From: Gammaproteobacteria bacterium
Lineage (GTDB): Bacteria; Pseudomonadota; Gammaproteobacteria; JABABF01
Assembly: GCA_965237805.1 (NCBI GenBank)
Contig: OZ250153.1
Location: forward strand, 224,001 to 288,000
Length of the DNA: 64,000 nucleotides
Direction: 5' to 3'
Below, in pieces: positions 30,990-40,367 of the stretch. The position numbers were made by a program, and so were the translations under genes. The notes below the pieces were generated by a model. The model did not search any database and was not told the origin of the DNA. It saw nothing but the letters and a program-made list of their open reading frames with translations. How positions within the stretch are numbered: position 1 is the stretch's first letter; each line of letters opens with the position of its first letter.

Positions 30990-33900
30990 CAAGTGCCGAG
31001 CTGCGCATCCACGGGCTGGGGGTGGCCAGCGCTGGCCACCGCCTGCTCCACATCGACACTGACCAAGCGCGAAACGCCCGGCTCCGACATGGTGATGCCC
31101 GAGAGCTGCCCCGCCCGCTCCATGACGATACGGTTGTGGGAAATGCAAATCAGCTGCACCTCCTTGGAGATCAGCTGCACCAAGTCGGCGAAGCGGCTCG
31201 CATTGAGATCGTCCAGCTGCGAATCCACTTCGTCGAGCATGCAGAAGGGTGCCGGGTTAAGCCGGAACAGCGCGAAGACCAAGGCCACCGCCGTCAGGCT
31301 TTTCTCGCCGCCGGACAGCTGGCGAATATTGCAATTTTTCTTGCCCGGCGGGCGCGCCAGCACGCACAGACCCGGCTCCCCACCGTCGTCGGGCTCGCTC
31401 TCCAGCTGCAAGACGGCCGTACCGCCACCGAAGAGCTGCGGGAACAGCTCGCCCAAATGCGTATTGACCGCTTGAAAAGCTTCGCGGAAGCGCCGCCGCG
31501 CCTCGCCGTCGATGCGCTGGATGGCACCCTGCAGGCGGCTCACAGCGGCACTGCCCTCCTCGTGCTGGCTGTCCAGATAATCCTTGCGCTCGAGCTGCTC
31601 TGCGTGTTCGGCCTCGGCGGCGAGGTTGACCGGCCCCAAGCGGGCGATACGCCGCTCGACCAAAGCCAGCTGCTGCGCCAAATCCTCGTCCTGTGTCGGC
31701 TCTGGCGGGACGCGCAACAGCGCTTCCAGCTCCAAGTCCAGCGCTGTCAGCTGCTCCGCGCAGGCGGATTGCTCGGCCCCGATTGCGGCCAAGCGCACGC
31801 GCTGCCCCTCGATGCCATCGCGCAACTCCCTCTGCTCGCGCTCGCTCAGCGTGCGGCGTTCGGCATTGCCCCGTTGCGCTTGCTCGACTTCATCCAGCTG
31901 GCGACGGCAGCGGTCGCGCTCTTGTTCAGCGCTGCGCACTGCTCGCAGCTGCTGTTGCAGCTGCGTTTCGAGTTGGGGGTCGTCTCCCTCCAGCTGCTCG
32001 CCCCGGCCACGCAATTCCTCGCGGCGCTCGCCCAAGCGCTCAGCCTGTCGGCGCAGACGCGTGGCGGCCTCAGCCAGCGCTTCGAGGCGGGCGCTACGGG
32101 CGGCCTCGGCCAGCGCTTGCTGGCGCAATACCGCCTCCGCCGCCGATGCTCTGCGCTGCGAGTCGGACAGCGTCTCCCGACTACTCTGACACTGCTCTGC
32201 CAGCTGGTCGCGCGCGCTGGCCTCGGCATCGGCTCGCCTCTGGGCGGCCTCGGCATCGACTTCCAATCGCGCCAGCTGTTCGGCCAATTCCCGCGCCACC
32301 GCTGCATCCCGCTGCCGGCGTGCGTCCAGCTGCTGGTGTTGCTCGGCGATCGCCGCCGCCGCACTCGCCTCACGCAAGGCCTCGGCGCGCGATTCCAAGA
32401 CCGATAGCGCGTCTTGGGCCTTATCGACTTCGCTCAGCGCCGCACTCTCCTCAGTCCGCGCCCGCTCCAGCTCGCGCCCCAGCTGCTCGCCGTGCCGACG
32501 CAGGCGCAGCGGCCCCGCCTCGGTACCCGCGAGCTGTAGCCAGCCCGACCCCAGCCACAAGCCGTCGCGCGAGACCACCGATTGGCCGGGCTTGAGCCGC
32601 GTGGCCAGCTGCCGTGCGGCGGCGGCATCCTCGGCGCAATAAACCCCCCAGAGCACGCTCTCCAAGCCCGCCGGCAGCAGCACTTTACTCAGCAGCATCG
32701 CCTCGTCACAGCCGCTACTCCCCGCCTGCGTCTGCAATTGCAGCAGCTGCACCGGCTGTGACGGTTGCTGCTGCGTCGCCAAGCCCGCTGCCGCGCCCGC
32801 CACATCCGCGACACACAGGGCATGCAGGCGCTCTCCCAAGACTAATTCCAGCGCCAGTTGCCAGCCCTCCTCCACTTCCAGTGAGGCGGCCAGCGGCGGC
32901 TGTCCATCGAGCTGCGCCGCCGCCAGCCAACGGTGCAGCTGCTCGCTGTCCGGCAGCCGTTCGACAGCGGCGCATTGGCCAGCCAGCTCCTCAATGCGAC
33001 AGCGACAGCGATGCAGCTCGGCACTCGCAGAGCGGATGCGCTCGCGCGCCGAGGGCAAGGAGGCCAGCAGCACCGCCAGTGCGGTCTCGCGGTCGTCGAT
33101 GCCAACGGCCTCGGCGCTGCCAGCTGCCGGATCGCTCTCGAGCAGAGCTGGCAACTGGCTCGCTTCGCTCGCCATGCGCTGTAGTTCGGTCGCCAAGCGC
33201 TGGCTCTCGGCCCGCAGTGCCTCTACTCGCGAGACGAGCGCTTGCGCCGCGGTCGCCGCCGCCGCCGCCGAGGCCGCGCTGGCTTCCCAGCGCTGTTGCA
33301 GCTGCCACAGCTGCGTTTCGTCGCGCTGCCGAGCAGCAGCGCCCTCGCCCGCCTCGCGACGGGCATCGGCCAGCTCCTGTGCCGCACCCTGTAGCGCATC
33401 GCGCAGCTGCTGATCCTCATCCTCGTCCACCGCCAGCTGGCGCTCTGCGCTGAGCAAATCCTCGCCCAGCCGCTCAGCTTCCTCGCGCAGTTCGCCCGCT
33501 CTGCGCCGACGCTCTGAGCGCGCCGCCTCCAGTCGCGCCACCTCGGCCCCCAACTCATAGCAGCGCGCTTGGTTGCGCTCCAACTCTGTCGCCAAGTCGC
33601 GCGCGCTATCGACGAGGCGCTCACGCTCCTCGTCGATAGCGCGCAAACTGCTCAACTCGCCGCCGAGCCGATCCTCCACAGTTGCCAACTGCTGGTGCAA
33701 CAGCTCGGACTCGTCACTCAGGGCACGGTAGCGCGAGACGATGCCGCCAGCGCGCAGCCGCCGCTCTTCGCCGCGCAGCTCGGTGTGGCGGCGCGCTTGG
33801 CCGGCTTGGCGCGACAGCTGCTGCAAGCGCTGCGCCAACTCGCCGCGCAGATCATCCAGCCGCGCCAAGTGCTCGCTGGCGCACTGCAGTCGCAGCTCGG

Positions 33901-34441
33901 TCTCGCGCCGTCGCTCGCGGTAGAGGGAAATGCCCGCCGCCTCTTCCAACTGGGCGCGCAGCTCACGCGGGTGCGCCTCGACCAGCTGTGAGATCATGCC
34001 CTGAGCGACGATGGCGTAGCTGCCGCGTGTCCCCAGACCGGTACCGAGGAATAAATCGGCGACATCGCGCCGCCGACAGCGCTCGCCGAACAGCGAATAG
34101 TGCGACTCAGCATCGCGCTCCAGCTCGCGCCGCACAGAGATCTCAGCACGACTGGCATGGGGGCCACCAAAGCTGCCGTCGGCATTGTCGAAGAGCAGTT
34201 CAACCGAGGCCCGTCCGAGTGGCCCGCGGCGATCCGTGCCGCTAAAGATCACATCGTTCATCGCGCTGCCGCGCAGATGCCGCGGCGAACGCTCGCCGAT
34301 GACCCAGCGCACCGCATCGAGGATGTTGGACTTGCCACAACCGTTGGGGCCGACCACCGCCGCGAAAGGGTCGCGGAACTCTACCGATGTGGCCTCGGCA
34401 AAAGATTTGAACCCGCTCAGTCGCACACGCTTCAGGCGCAT
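30989..34441 (-). CDS. smc: Chromosome segregation protein SMC
   Basis: GFKSF, GPNGCGKSN Walker A, long coiled coils, LSGGEK, MLDEVD. Confidence 0.97.
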   Translation of the reverse strand: MRLKRVRLSGFKSFAEATSVEFRDPFAAVVGPNGCGKSNILDAVRWVIGERSPRHLRGSAMNDVIFSGTDRRGPLGRASVELLFDNADGSFGGPHASRAEISVRRELERDAESHYSLFGERCRRRDVADLFLGTGLGTRGSYAIVAQGMISQLVEAHPRELRAQLEEAAGISLYRERRRETELRLQCASEHLARLDDLRGELAQRLQQLSRQAGQARRHTELRGEERRLRAGGIVSRYRALSDESELLHQQLATVEDRLGGELSSLRAIDEERERLVDSARDLATELERNQARCYELGAEVARLEAARSERRRRAGELREEAERLGEDLLSAERQLAVDEDEDQQLRDALQGAAQELADARREAGEGAAARQRDETQLWQLQQRWEASAASAAAAATAAQALVSRVEALRAESQRLATELQRMASEASQLPALLESDPAAGSAEAVGIDDRETALAVLLASLPSARERIRSASAELHRCRCRIEELAGQCAAVERLPDSEQLHRWLAAAQLDGQPPLAASLEVEEGWQLALELVLGERLHALCVADVAGAAAGLATQQQPSQPVQLLQLQTQAGSSGCDEAMLLSKVLLPAGLESVLWGVYCAEDAAAARQLATRLKPGQSVVSRDGLWLGSGWLQLAGTEAGPLRLRRHGEQLGRELERARTEESAALSEVDKAQDALSVLESRAEALREASAAAAIAEQHQQLDARRQRDAAVARELAEQLARLEVDAEAAQRRADAEASARDQLAEQCQSSRETLSDSQRRASAAEAVLRQQALAEAARSARLEALAEAATRLRRQAERLGERREELRGRGEQLEGDDPQLETQLQQQLRAVRSAEQERDRCRRQLDEVEQAQRGNAERRTLSEREQRELRDGIEGQRVRLAAIGAEQSACAEQLTALDLELEALLRVPPEPTQDEDLAQQLALVERRIARLGPVNLAAEAEHAEQLERKDYLDSQHEEGSAAVSRLQGAIQRIDGEARRRFREAFQAVNTHLGELFPQLFGGGTAVLQLESEPDDGGEPGLCVLARPPGKKNCNIRQLSGGEKSLTAVALVFALFRLNPAPFCMLDEVDSQLDDLNASRFADLVQLISKEVQLICISHNRIVMERAGQLSGITMSEPGVSRLVSVDVEQAVASAGHPQPVDAQLGT

Positions 34442-34519
34442 CGGGCAATCGCTATTGGATGTTCCTCAGAATCGCAAAGGCAGCGTCGGCAAGCCGAGCT
34501 GCGCCAACGCTGCTCGAAC

Positions 34520-37500
34520 TCACCACGGGTAGTCGAACCAAGCACGCACCATACTCTCAACATTCAGCAGCTCGTCCACATCGCGTTTGATGACCGCAGC
34601 GCGACCGCAGGCGGTCGGCGAATCCAATGCCAAGCGCACCGCATACAGCACCCGAGCGTCGGCGGTTTCCACCGCACCGATACCCACACGCACCGCGCCC
34701 AATCCCTGCGCGAGCAGCCGCTTGGCGGTGCGCTCGGCACTCTCAATATTGGCATAGGCCGCCACCTGCACATACCAGCCGCGGTTGCCGCGCACTGTGT
34801 CCAAGCAAGCACAAACCGATGCGCTCGGTCGCTTGCAGGGGGATGGTATCGAGGCGGAAACCAGCTGACGGCGCGACGGCGCTGACTGTTCAGTCCGCTC
34901 AGCGCGCTCGACCCGCTGCTCCCGGCGCCGACTCGCCGTCTGCGGGTCGCGGCGCGGCGCTGTCACAGCAGCGCTGGCATCATTGAAGCGATAGCTCAGC
35001 CCGGCACCGGCAAAAGCGGCACCAGCATCGTAGTCTTCGTAGAAGATTTTCAGCGCCAAACCGCGGGCCGGGTTACCAGCCAGATCCAACTCCATGCCCA
35101 GCCCCCAGTAGAGGTCATCGTCGTTCTTGACAGCTACCGCAAACTGTCTGGACTTGGCATCGCCGCTGCGCCAGCCCAGCGCAGCATAGGGCGACCAGCG
35201 GCGATCGCGGCCATAGGGAAACCAATTCACCCCCGCCCCGGCAGCCGTTTGCTCGACGCCGCCGCAGGCGGTCGCATTGCAGACTCTGGACTCGCCCAAA
35301 TCCGCCCAAAAACCTTCCAACCACAGATCTTCCAAGGTGATGACAAAAAGCGGCAGCTTGAATGGCAGCGCGTAGTCGACGCCAACACGGTAGGCAAAAT
35401 CCTCCTGATCATCCAAGCGGAAAGTGTTGCTCTGTAGTGAGGGCTTCAAAAAACTCTGCCCCACCGCTCCGCTGATGCCGAAGTCGAGGGCAGCGGCCGT
35501 CGCAGGCAGGCTCAGGCACAGCGAGAGCAAGGCCGCACCAGCCATCGCAACGCCGCGCCGATGCCACTGGCCGCTGCGGCCAAGGCTCAGGAGCAACATC
35601 AGTGCGAGCAGCGCCAACCAAGGCAGCCCAATCGTGCCGCCACCGCCGCGGAAAACCACCACCTCGCTACCGCTCGTCGCCTGCATTCCTATCGGGCTAA
35701 AGGAGTCGGACGTGCCGCTGACATGCACACAGCCGCCATTGGACAGAGCGCCGACCGCCAGCGACAGCAGCGGGAGATAGGCCGCATCGCCGGGTGCCGG
35801 GCAAGCCCTGCCGTTCGTTCCAGCGACGCTGAGATACGGCGAGAATGTCACCGTATTGACCACGATTACCGTCGCGCTGCTCGTGCCGGGGCCACTGTCG
35901 ATCGTGATCGTGCGCTGGCTGGTATCCACCTCGCACCAACTGGCCGTCGCCGCACTGGGGCAAGTGCTGGAATAGTGATACAACTTGTCAGTGCTGATCG
36001 CTCCATCGACCGAGAACACAAAGTTGATCAAGTCGCCAGCCGAAAAACAGGCTGCGCTATCACCGCAACTGAAGGACACATCGAGTACCAAGTTATCGAC
36101 GAGGCTCACTGGCAGCGGCGCGATGCCCAGTGCGGCAAACTCGCTCAGCGGCACACGGGGCGAGTTTGCCCCCGAGCGCCGCGCCGCGATATCACCCAGA
36201 CGCAGGATGATCCCCGGCGCAACGAGCATAAAGTGCGCGTTGGCTGTGCCGGCGCTGTCGCTGAACGGCAGGGCCGAGTTGATCAATGCCAAGCCGGGCG
36301 CTTCCAGCTCATCCGGAATCAAGTCGCCGTCGCTGTCCAACTGGCCAACGCTAAAGACTCGCTGCAAACTCTCGCCCGCGCTCACGGCCCCAATGCGATA
36401 CACCGCCGCGTTGCTGCCGAAAACACTGCCTGCCACACTGTAAGTGCCAGCCAACGCCACCTCCGGCGTCGCTGGTGTCGAAGAGCCGAGCACGCTGAGT
36501 GTCCAAGTGCGAGTGCCATTCACAACGCTGCCAGACACCGAGAACTCCACCCCCGCCGCAGGATCGGCAATGCTCTGCAACAGCGCGCTGCTCCCGCTCT
36601 GGCGCAGCTGGATCACCGGTGCATAGGCCGCCACCGCACGCAGCGCTGGCTGATAAACAATGCTATAAGTCGTGCTCGCCGAACAGCTGGCAGAAAAAGA
36701 GCACAGCGACACCAGATCGCGAGACGAAAGGTCCAGCTGCACGGTGGCCGCCACCGTCAGGGTCGAGGTGCTCACCGTGTAGCCCACCGCTTGCTCCACA
36801 GCACCCGACAGCGACAGGCTGCTCGCCATCAGCGCCAAACCAGAGCTGCTGAGACTCAGCGCCACTGCCCCGTCACCGTCGGGCTGCGCTCCCAATAACT
36901 GCAATCTCATGCTGCCCGAGCCGCCCGCTATCACCGAGAGATCGCCGCCTACCGACAATATTGGCCGCAGAGCCAAGCGCCAGATCACCGCATCGCTCGC
37001 TGCGCTGCCAGCGGACAGCCAGTGTGTGCCCGACACATAGTTGTGGCTGTCCGCTGCTGGCAGCACCCCACCCTGATAGACACCAGCGCTGATATGCACC
37101 ACCGAGTCCAGCGGCAGGCTCAGCGACGCCGTGCCAGAAGTGAATGAGGCAAAGTCCGTCAGCACACCGCGCGCGTTTTGGCGCGGCAAAACCGTCGCCG
37201 CGCTACTCAACTCGTCGCGACGACCGTAGTACAGCTCCACCACATCTGGCAAGCCGTCGCTATCGGCATCCGTCGCCGCAGAGGCCCCTGTCGTGTCCGA
37301 CAGATCGCTGTTCAGATAGGCTTCCAAACTGTCCGACAGGCCATCGCCGTCCGTGTCACAGCTGCTGGCAGCGCCCGGGCAGGCCACTGTCAAACCGCCA
37401 ACAGGCATGAAATCGTATTCCAAATCGTCCGACAAGCCGTCGTTATCGGCATCTGTCAGCGAGAATGCCGCCGTGTTCAGCAGCACTGGTGCGCTGGTGG

Positions 37501-40177
37501 CCGTACTGCCACCAGCATCCTCCACTACGAGGAAGACGCAATAGGCCGTGCCCTGCGAGAGCGCGTTGAGCTGCCCGCTACCGCCGGTGGCGCTCAAACT
37601 CAGCTGGGAGGACATCGTCGTGATCGAGGCGATGGCGCAAGTCGTGCCAGTGTGGAAGGCCAGCCAATAACTGGCGGCCGTGTCGATGGCCGTCGCCGCC
37701 TCGCTCAGCTGCGCGCGATCGCTGGCCAATTCGCTGAACAGCAGGGTCGCCGAATAAGCCCGCAACTCGGCGCTGTCCACCGATAGACACGGGCTCGCCA
37801 CACTGTCCAAGTCGCCATCGCAGATGCTCGGGGGCACCACCACTCCCAACACCGTGAAACTCGTCGGAATGGGCAGGACGATTTCAGCAGTCGCCGCGAT
37901 CGTTGCCGTGGACATGATTGCCAGCGTCAATGACGTACTCGATAGCCCCGTCGGCAGAGCGGGCAGCATGACGTTCAGCGAAAATTCGATCAGCGGGACG
38001 CTGATGCCACCAATCTGCACTGTATTCGCCGGTGCCGTGAGCGTCACAGCGCCAGCGACGGGCGCGCTGCAAGGAGAAGAGGAAGACTGGCATCCCAAAA
38101 CCCCAGACACCGCGAGCTCAATGGTGGCGGACACATCATCTAAGTCGTAGACATCAAGGGTAGAAGCCGCGTCGAGCCGCAGCTCGGCGACACTTAGATA
38201 ACTGCCCGCAAACACATAGCTGCGGTTGTGCAACAGCATCGCGGGATCGACCACGCTACCACCAAAACTGGCCGAGACCGCATCCCGCGTCGCCAACCGG
38301 CTGCCCGTCACATCCATACTGAGCGTGAGATTGACCGTGTTGCTGCCAGCAGAGCTGGGGGCGGGAATGCTCGCGACCACCGTGCCATGATCCTGCGAAG
38401 AATAATAGCTAATCTCTCTGACATAGCCAAAAGTGCCCGCCTCAGATGACAGCACACAAAAGGTCTCCGCCGGGGTCTCCGCCACGCCGCTGCAATTGGC
38501 AAAGCCTGCGTTGAACCCTGTATTCAGCGCCGAAGAGCTCAGGTCTTGGTTCAGATCGAACTGCAAATTCCTATCTCGAGCGGAGATAGTCAAGCGCAAA
38601 GTATTCCGCTCGATATTGGCACCATCTCGATAGCGATAGGTGGCCGCATACGGCGTGCTAATACCATCACCAGTCAGATCAATGGTGGCAAAGGAAGCAG
38701 TGACAGTCGTGATGGACTCCAAACGCAGCTCGGTGCCCACCACCGCCATGGTGACGCTGCCGACGGTGTTTGTTGCCGTCGCAAAGCGGCTGCTGATGAC
38801 ACCGGCAGGTTGCCCAATCTCTGAGGGGCGCAGCTCCAGCATCAGCCGCGAGCCGTCGACGATATCGTTGATATTCAGAGTGCTGACGACGTCAATCACC
38901 ACCGCAAAGACCCCCAAACGCTCGCTGCCACCGTCGGCGATGACCAGCGGCGTCGCCAACCCTAGGACAACAGTCGCTTGGCTGGAAGCGCGCGCTAGGA
39001 GCCGTAAACCTACTATCCCCGTCGCCAGTGCAGGGCCCACAGCAGCGCCCCCGGCATCGATGCGGAAAAGGTGGTAATTCAGACTTGGCACAGCCCGCTG
39101 GGAGTCAGCGGGGAGGACTAAAGCACTATAAAATGGCGTAATCGCCTCACTGCCCACACTCACACGCAGCGTCACTGTACTGATGCGGGTGACAACACCA
39201 TCACCACCACCATCGGCGATGGCCAGCGCCAATATCGCTGTCAAGCTGCTCGACACGCTGTCGAGCTCGATGCTGGTGCCATAGATCGCGCTCGTGAGAT
39301 CGCTGATCGTCGCCGCATCGTTGGCTGTCGCCACCGTAGCCGTCAGCGTTGAGCCCAATACCGTGAGCACAGCGGTTGACGCACCGCTGGTATAACTGTC
39401 AACAAAGGGATCTAGCAAGTCGGTGCCATCGCCGTCAGGCACCTCGATCGCATGATAGAGCTGGCGTGCGTAGCTGGGCGCAAGCTCCAAATTGACTGCA
39501 CGCAAGCGCAGCGTCAACAAATCCGGGTACGTGCACAACTTGCACTGCAACCTGGAATTAGGATTCGACGGCGCTTTCAGAACCAATGTGTTCTGCCACA
39601 AACTCACCATATCCGTCTCACCACTCGGGGTGATCGTGACCAGCGTCGTCGAGTAGCTCGCCGACGCAAAGATATCCTCAAGCGATCCCTCACCGCTGAG
39701 CGACACGCTGGCATCCGTGCTGAAACTGCGCGCCGTCGTATCCGTCAGCTCGCCTGTGCCCGCAATGATCGCACCGCCTGCGCCCTCCACCACAAAACCA
39801 GCTGCCACACCGTGCCCATCTGCGCCCGGCACCGAATACCACGACAGCGCCATGCCCCAAGTCAGCACACCATTGGGTGTGCCCGCCCCCAATACAGTAT
39901 CACCAGCATCGGTGGAGACATGTTGCAAGCCGATATCGAGCTCAAAAGCACTGTTGTCCAAGACCGAAAAAGTGCTGTCGGTGGCAGTGGTCACCGAATC
40001 TTGGGTCGCCGATGCCCCCAATAGCAACCGATAAGTGGATGCCTCGGCTGTGCCAGACATCAATCCCAAGCACAATGCCAACGCCAACGCCAATGCCCGT
40101 GTCAGCGCCAGTGAAAAAACCGCGGCCTGCGGTGCCAATAAATCGTGGCAGCTGCGCCCTAACTGTTGCAGTTTCAT
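34520..40177 (-). CDS. Giant secreted/surface protein, paralog 1 (~1885 aa): beta-rich passenger, TSP3-like Ca-binding repeats, internal GlyGly-CTERM-like TM segment, OMP beta-barrel, SPOR domain
   Basis: GGAGA RBS before MKLQQ; signal peptide ending AEA; DxDxDGLxD repeats; GGGGTIGLPWLALLALMLLL; barrel ending GAGLSYRF; WYVQVAAY SPOR-like C-terminus. Confidence 0.85.
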   Translation of the reverse strand: MKLQQLGRSCHDLLAPQAAVFSLALTRALALALALCLGLMSGTAEASTYRLLLGASATQDSVTTATDSTFSVLDNSAFELDIGLQHVSTDAGDTVLGAGTPNGVLTWGMALSWYSVPGADGHGVAAGFVVEGAGGAIIAGTGELTDTTARSFSTDASVSLSGEGSLEDIFASASYSTTLVTITPSGETDMVSLWQNTLVLKAPSNPNSRLQCKLCTYPDLLTLRLRAVNLELAPSYARQLYHAIEVPDGDGTDLLDPFVDSYTSGASTAVLTVLGSTLTATVATANDAATISDLTSAIYGTSIELDSVSSSLTAILALAIADGGGDGVVTRISTVTLRVSVGSEAITPFYSALVLPADSQRAVPSLNYHLFRIDAGGAAVGPALATGIVGLRLLARASSQATVVLGLATPLVIADGGSERLGVFAVVIDVVSTLNINDIVDGSRLMLELRPSEIGQPAGVISSRFATATNTVGSVTMAVVGTELRLESITTVTASFATIDLTGDGISTPYAATYRYRDGANIERNTLRLTISARDRNLQFDLNQDLSSSALNTGFNAGFANCSGVAETPAETFCVLSSEAGTFGYVREISYYSSQDHGTVVASIPAPSSAGSNTVNLTLSMDVTGSRLATRDAVSASFGGSVVDPAMLLHNRSYVFAGSYLSVAELRLDAASTLDVYDLDDVSATIELAVSGVLGCQSSSSPCSAPVAGAVTLTAPANTVQIGGISVPLIEFSLNVMLPALPTGLSSTSLTLAIMSTATIAATAEIVLPIPTSFTVLGVVVPPSICDGDLDSVASPCLSVDSAELRAYSATLLFSELASDRAQLSEAATAIDTAASYWLAFHTGTTCAIASITTMSSQLSLSATGGSGQLNALSQGTAYCVFLVVEDAGGSTATSAPVLLNTAAFSLTDADNDGLSDDLEYDFMPVGGLTVACPGAASSCDTDGDGLSDSLEAYLNSDLSDTTGASAATDADSDGLPDVVELYYGRRDELSSAATVLPRQNARGVLTDFASFTSGTASLSLPLDSVVHISAGVYQGGVLPAADSHNYVSGTHWLSAGSAASDAVIWRLALRPILSVGGDLSVIAGGSGSMRLQLLGAQPDGDGAVALSLSSSGLALMASSLSLSGAVEQAVGYTVSTSTLTVAATVQLDLSSRDLVSLCSFSASCSASTTYSIVYQPALRAVAAYAPVIQLRQSGSSALLQSIADPAAGVEFSVSGSVVNGTRTWTLSVLGSSTPATPEVALAGTYSVAGSVFGSNAAVYRIGAVSAGESLQRVFSVGQLDSDGDLIPDELEAPGLALINSALPFSDSAGTANAHFMLVAPGIILRLGDIAARRSGANSPRVPLSEFAALGIAPLPVSLVDNLVLDVSFSCGDSAACFSAGDLINFVFSVDGAISTDKLYHYSSTCPSAATASWCEVDTSQRTITIDSGPGTSSATVIVVNTVTFSPYLSVAGTNGRACPAPGDAAYLPLLSLAVGALSNGGCVHVSGTSDSFSPIGMQATSGSEVVVFRGGGGTIGLPWLALLALMLLLSLGRSGQWHRRGVAMAGAALLSLCLSLPATAAALDFGISGAVGQSFLKPSLQSNTFRLDDQEDFAYRVGVDYALPFKLPLFVITLEDLWLEGFWADLGESRVCNATACGGVEQTAAGAGVNWFPYGRDRRWSPYAALGWRSGDAKSRQFAVAVKNDDDLYWGLGMELDLAGNPARGLALKIFYEDYDAGAAFAGAGLSYRFNDASAAVTAPRRDPQTASRRREQRVERAERTEQSAPSRRQLVSASIPSPCKRPSASVCACLDTVRGNRGWYVQVAAYANIESAERTAKRLLAQGLGAVRVGIGAVETADARVLYAVRLALDSPTACGRAAVIKRDVDELLNVESMVRAWFDYPW

Positions 40178-40367
40178 GGAATGTCTCCAGTGGCTAAACG
40201 CTAGATGGGCTGGCGTGCCTGCAAGAGCGCAACGACGATCACCAGCTCTTGCCAAGCGCCTATTCTAACAAATTCAGTATGCTATTCGCAATACGGCGAT
40301 GCGTAGCAAACGCGATGCTGTGCCAAAGTCGCGATCTGCCTCTGAGCGAGGAGCCTGTAGCGCTCGC

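Noticed and set aside
34520-35490. Classical type V autotransporter barrel
   Set aside because: The barrel-like part is only ~170 aa, is followed by a SPOR-like domain, and is separated from the passenger by two hydrophobic segments.
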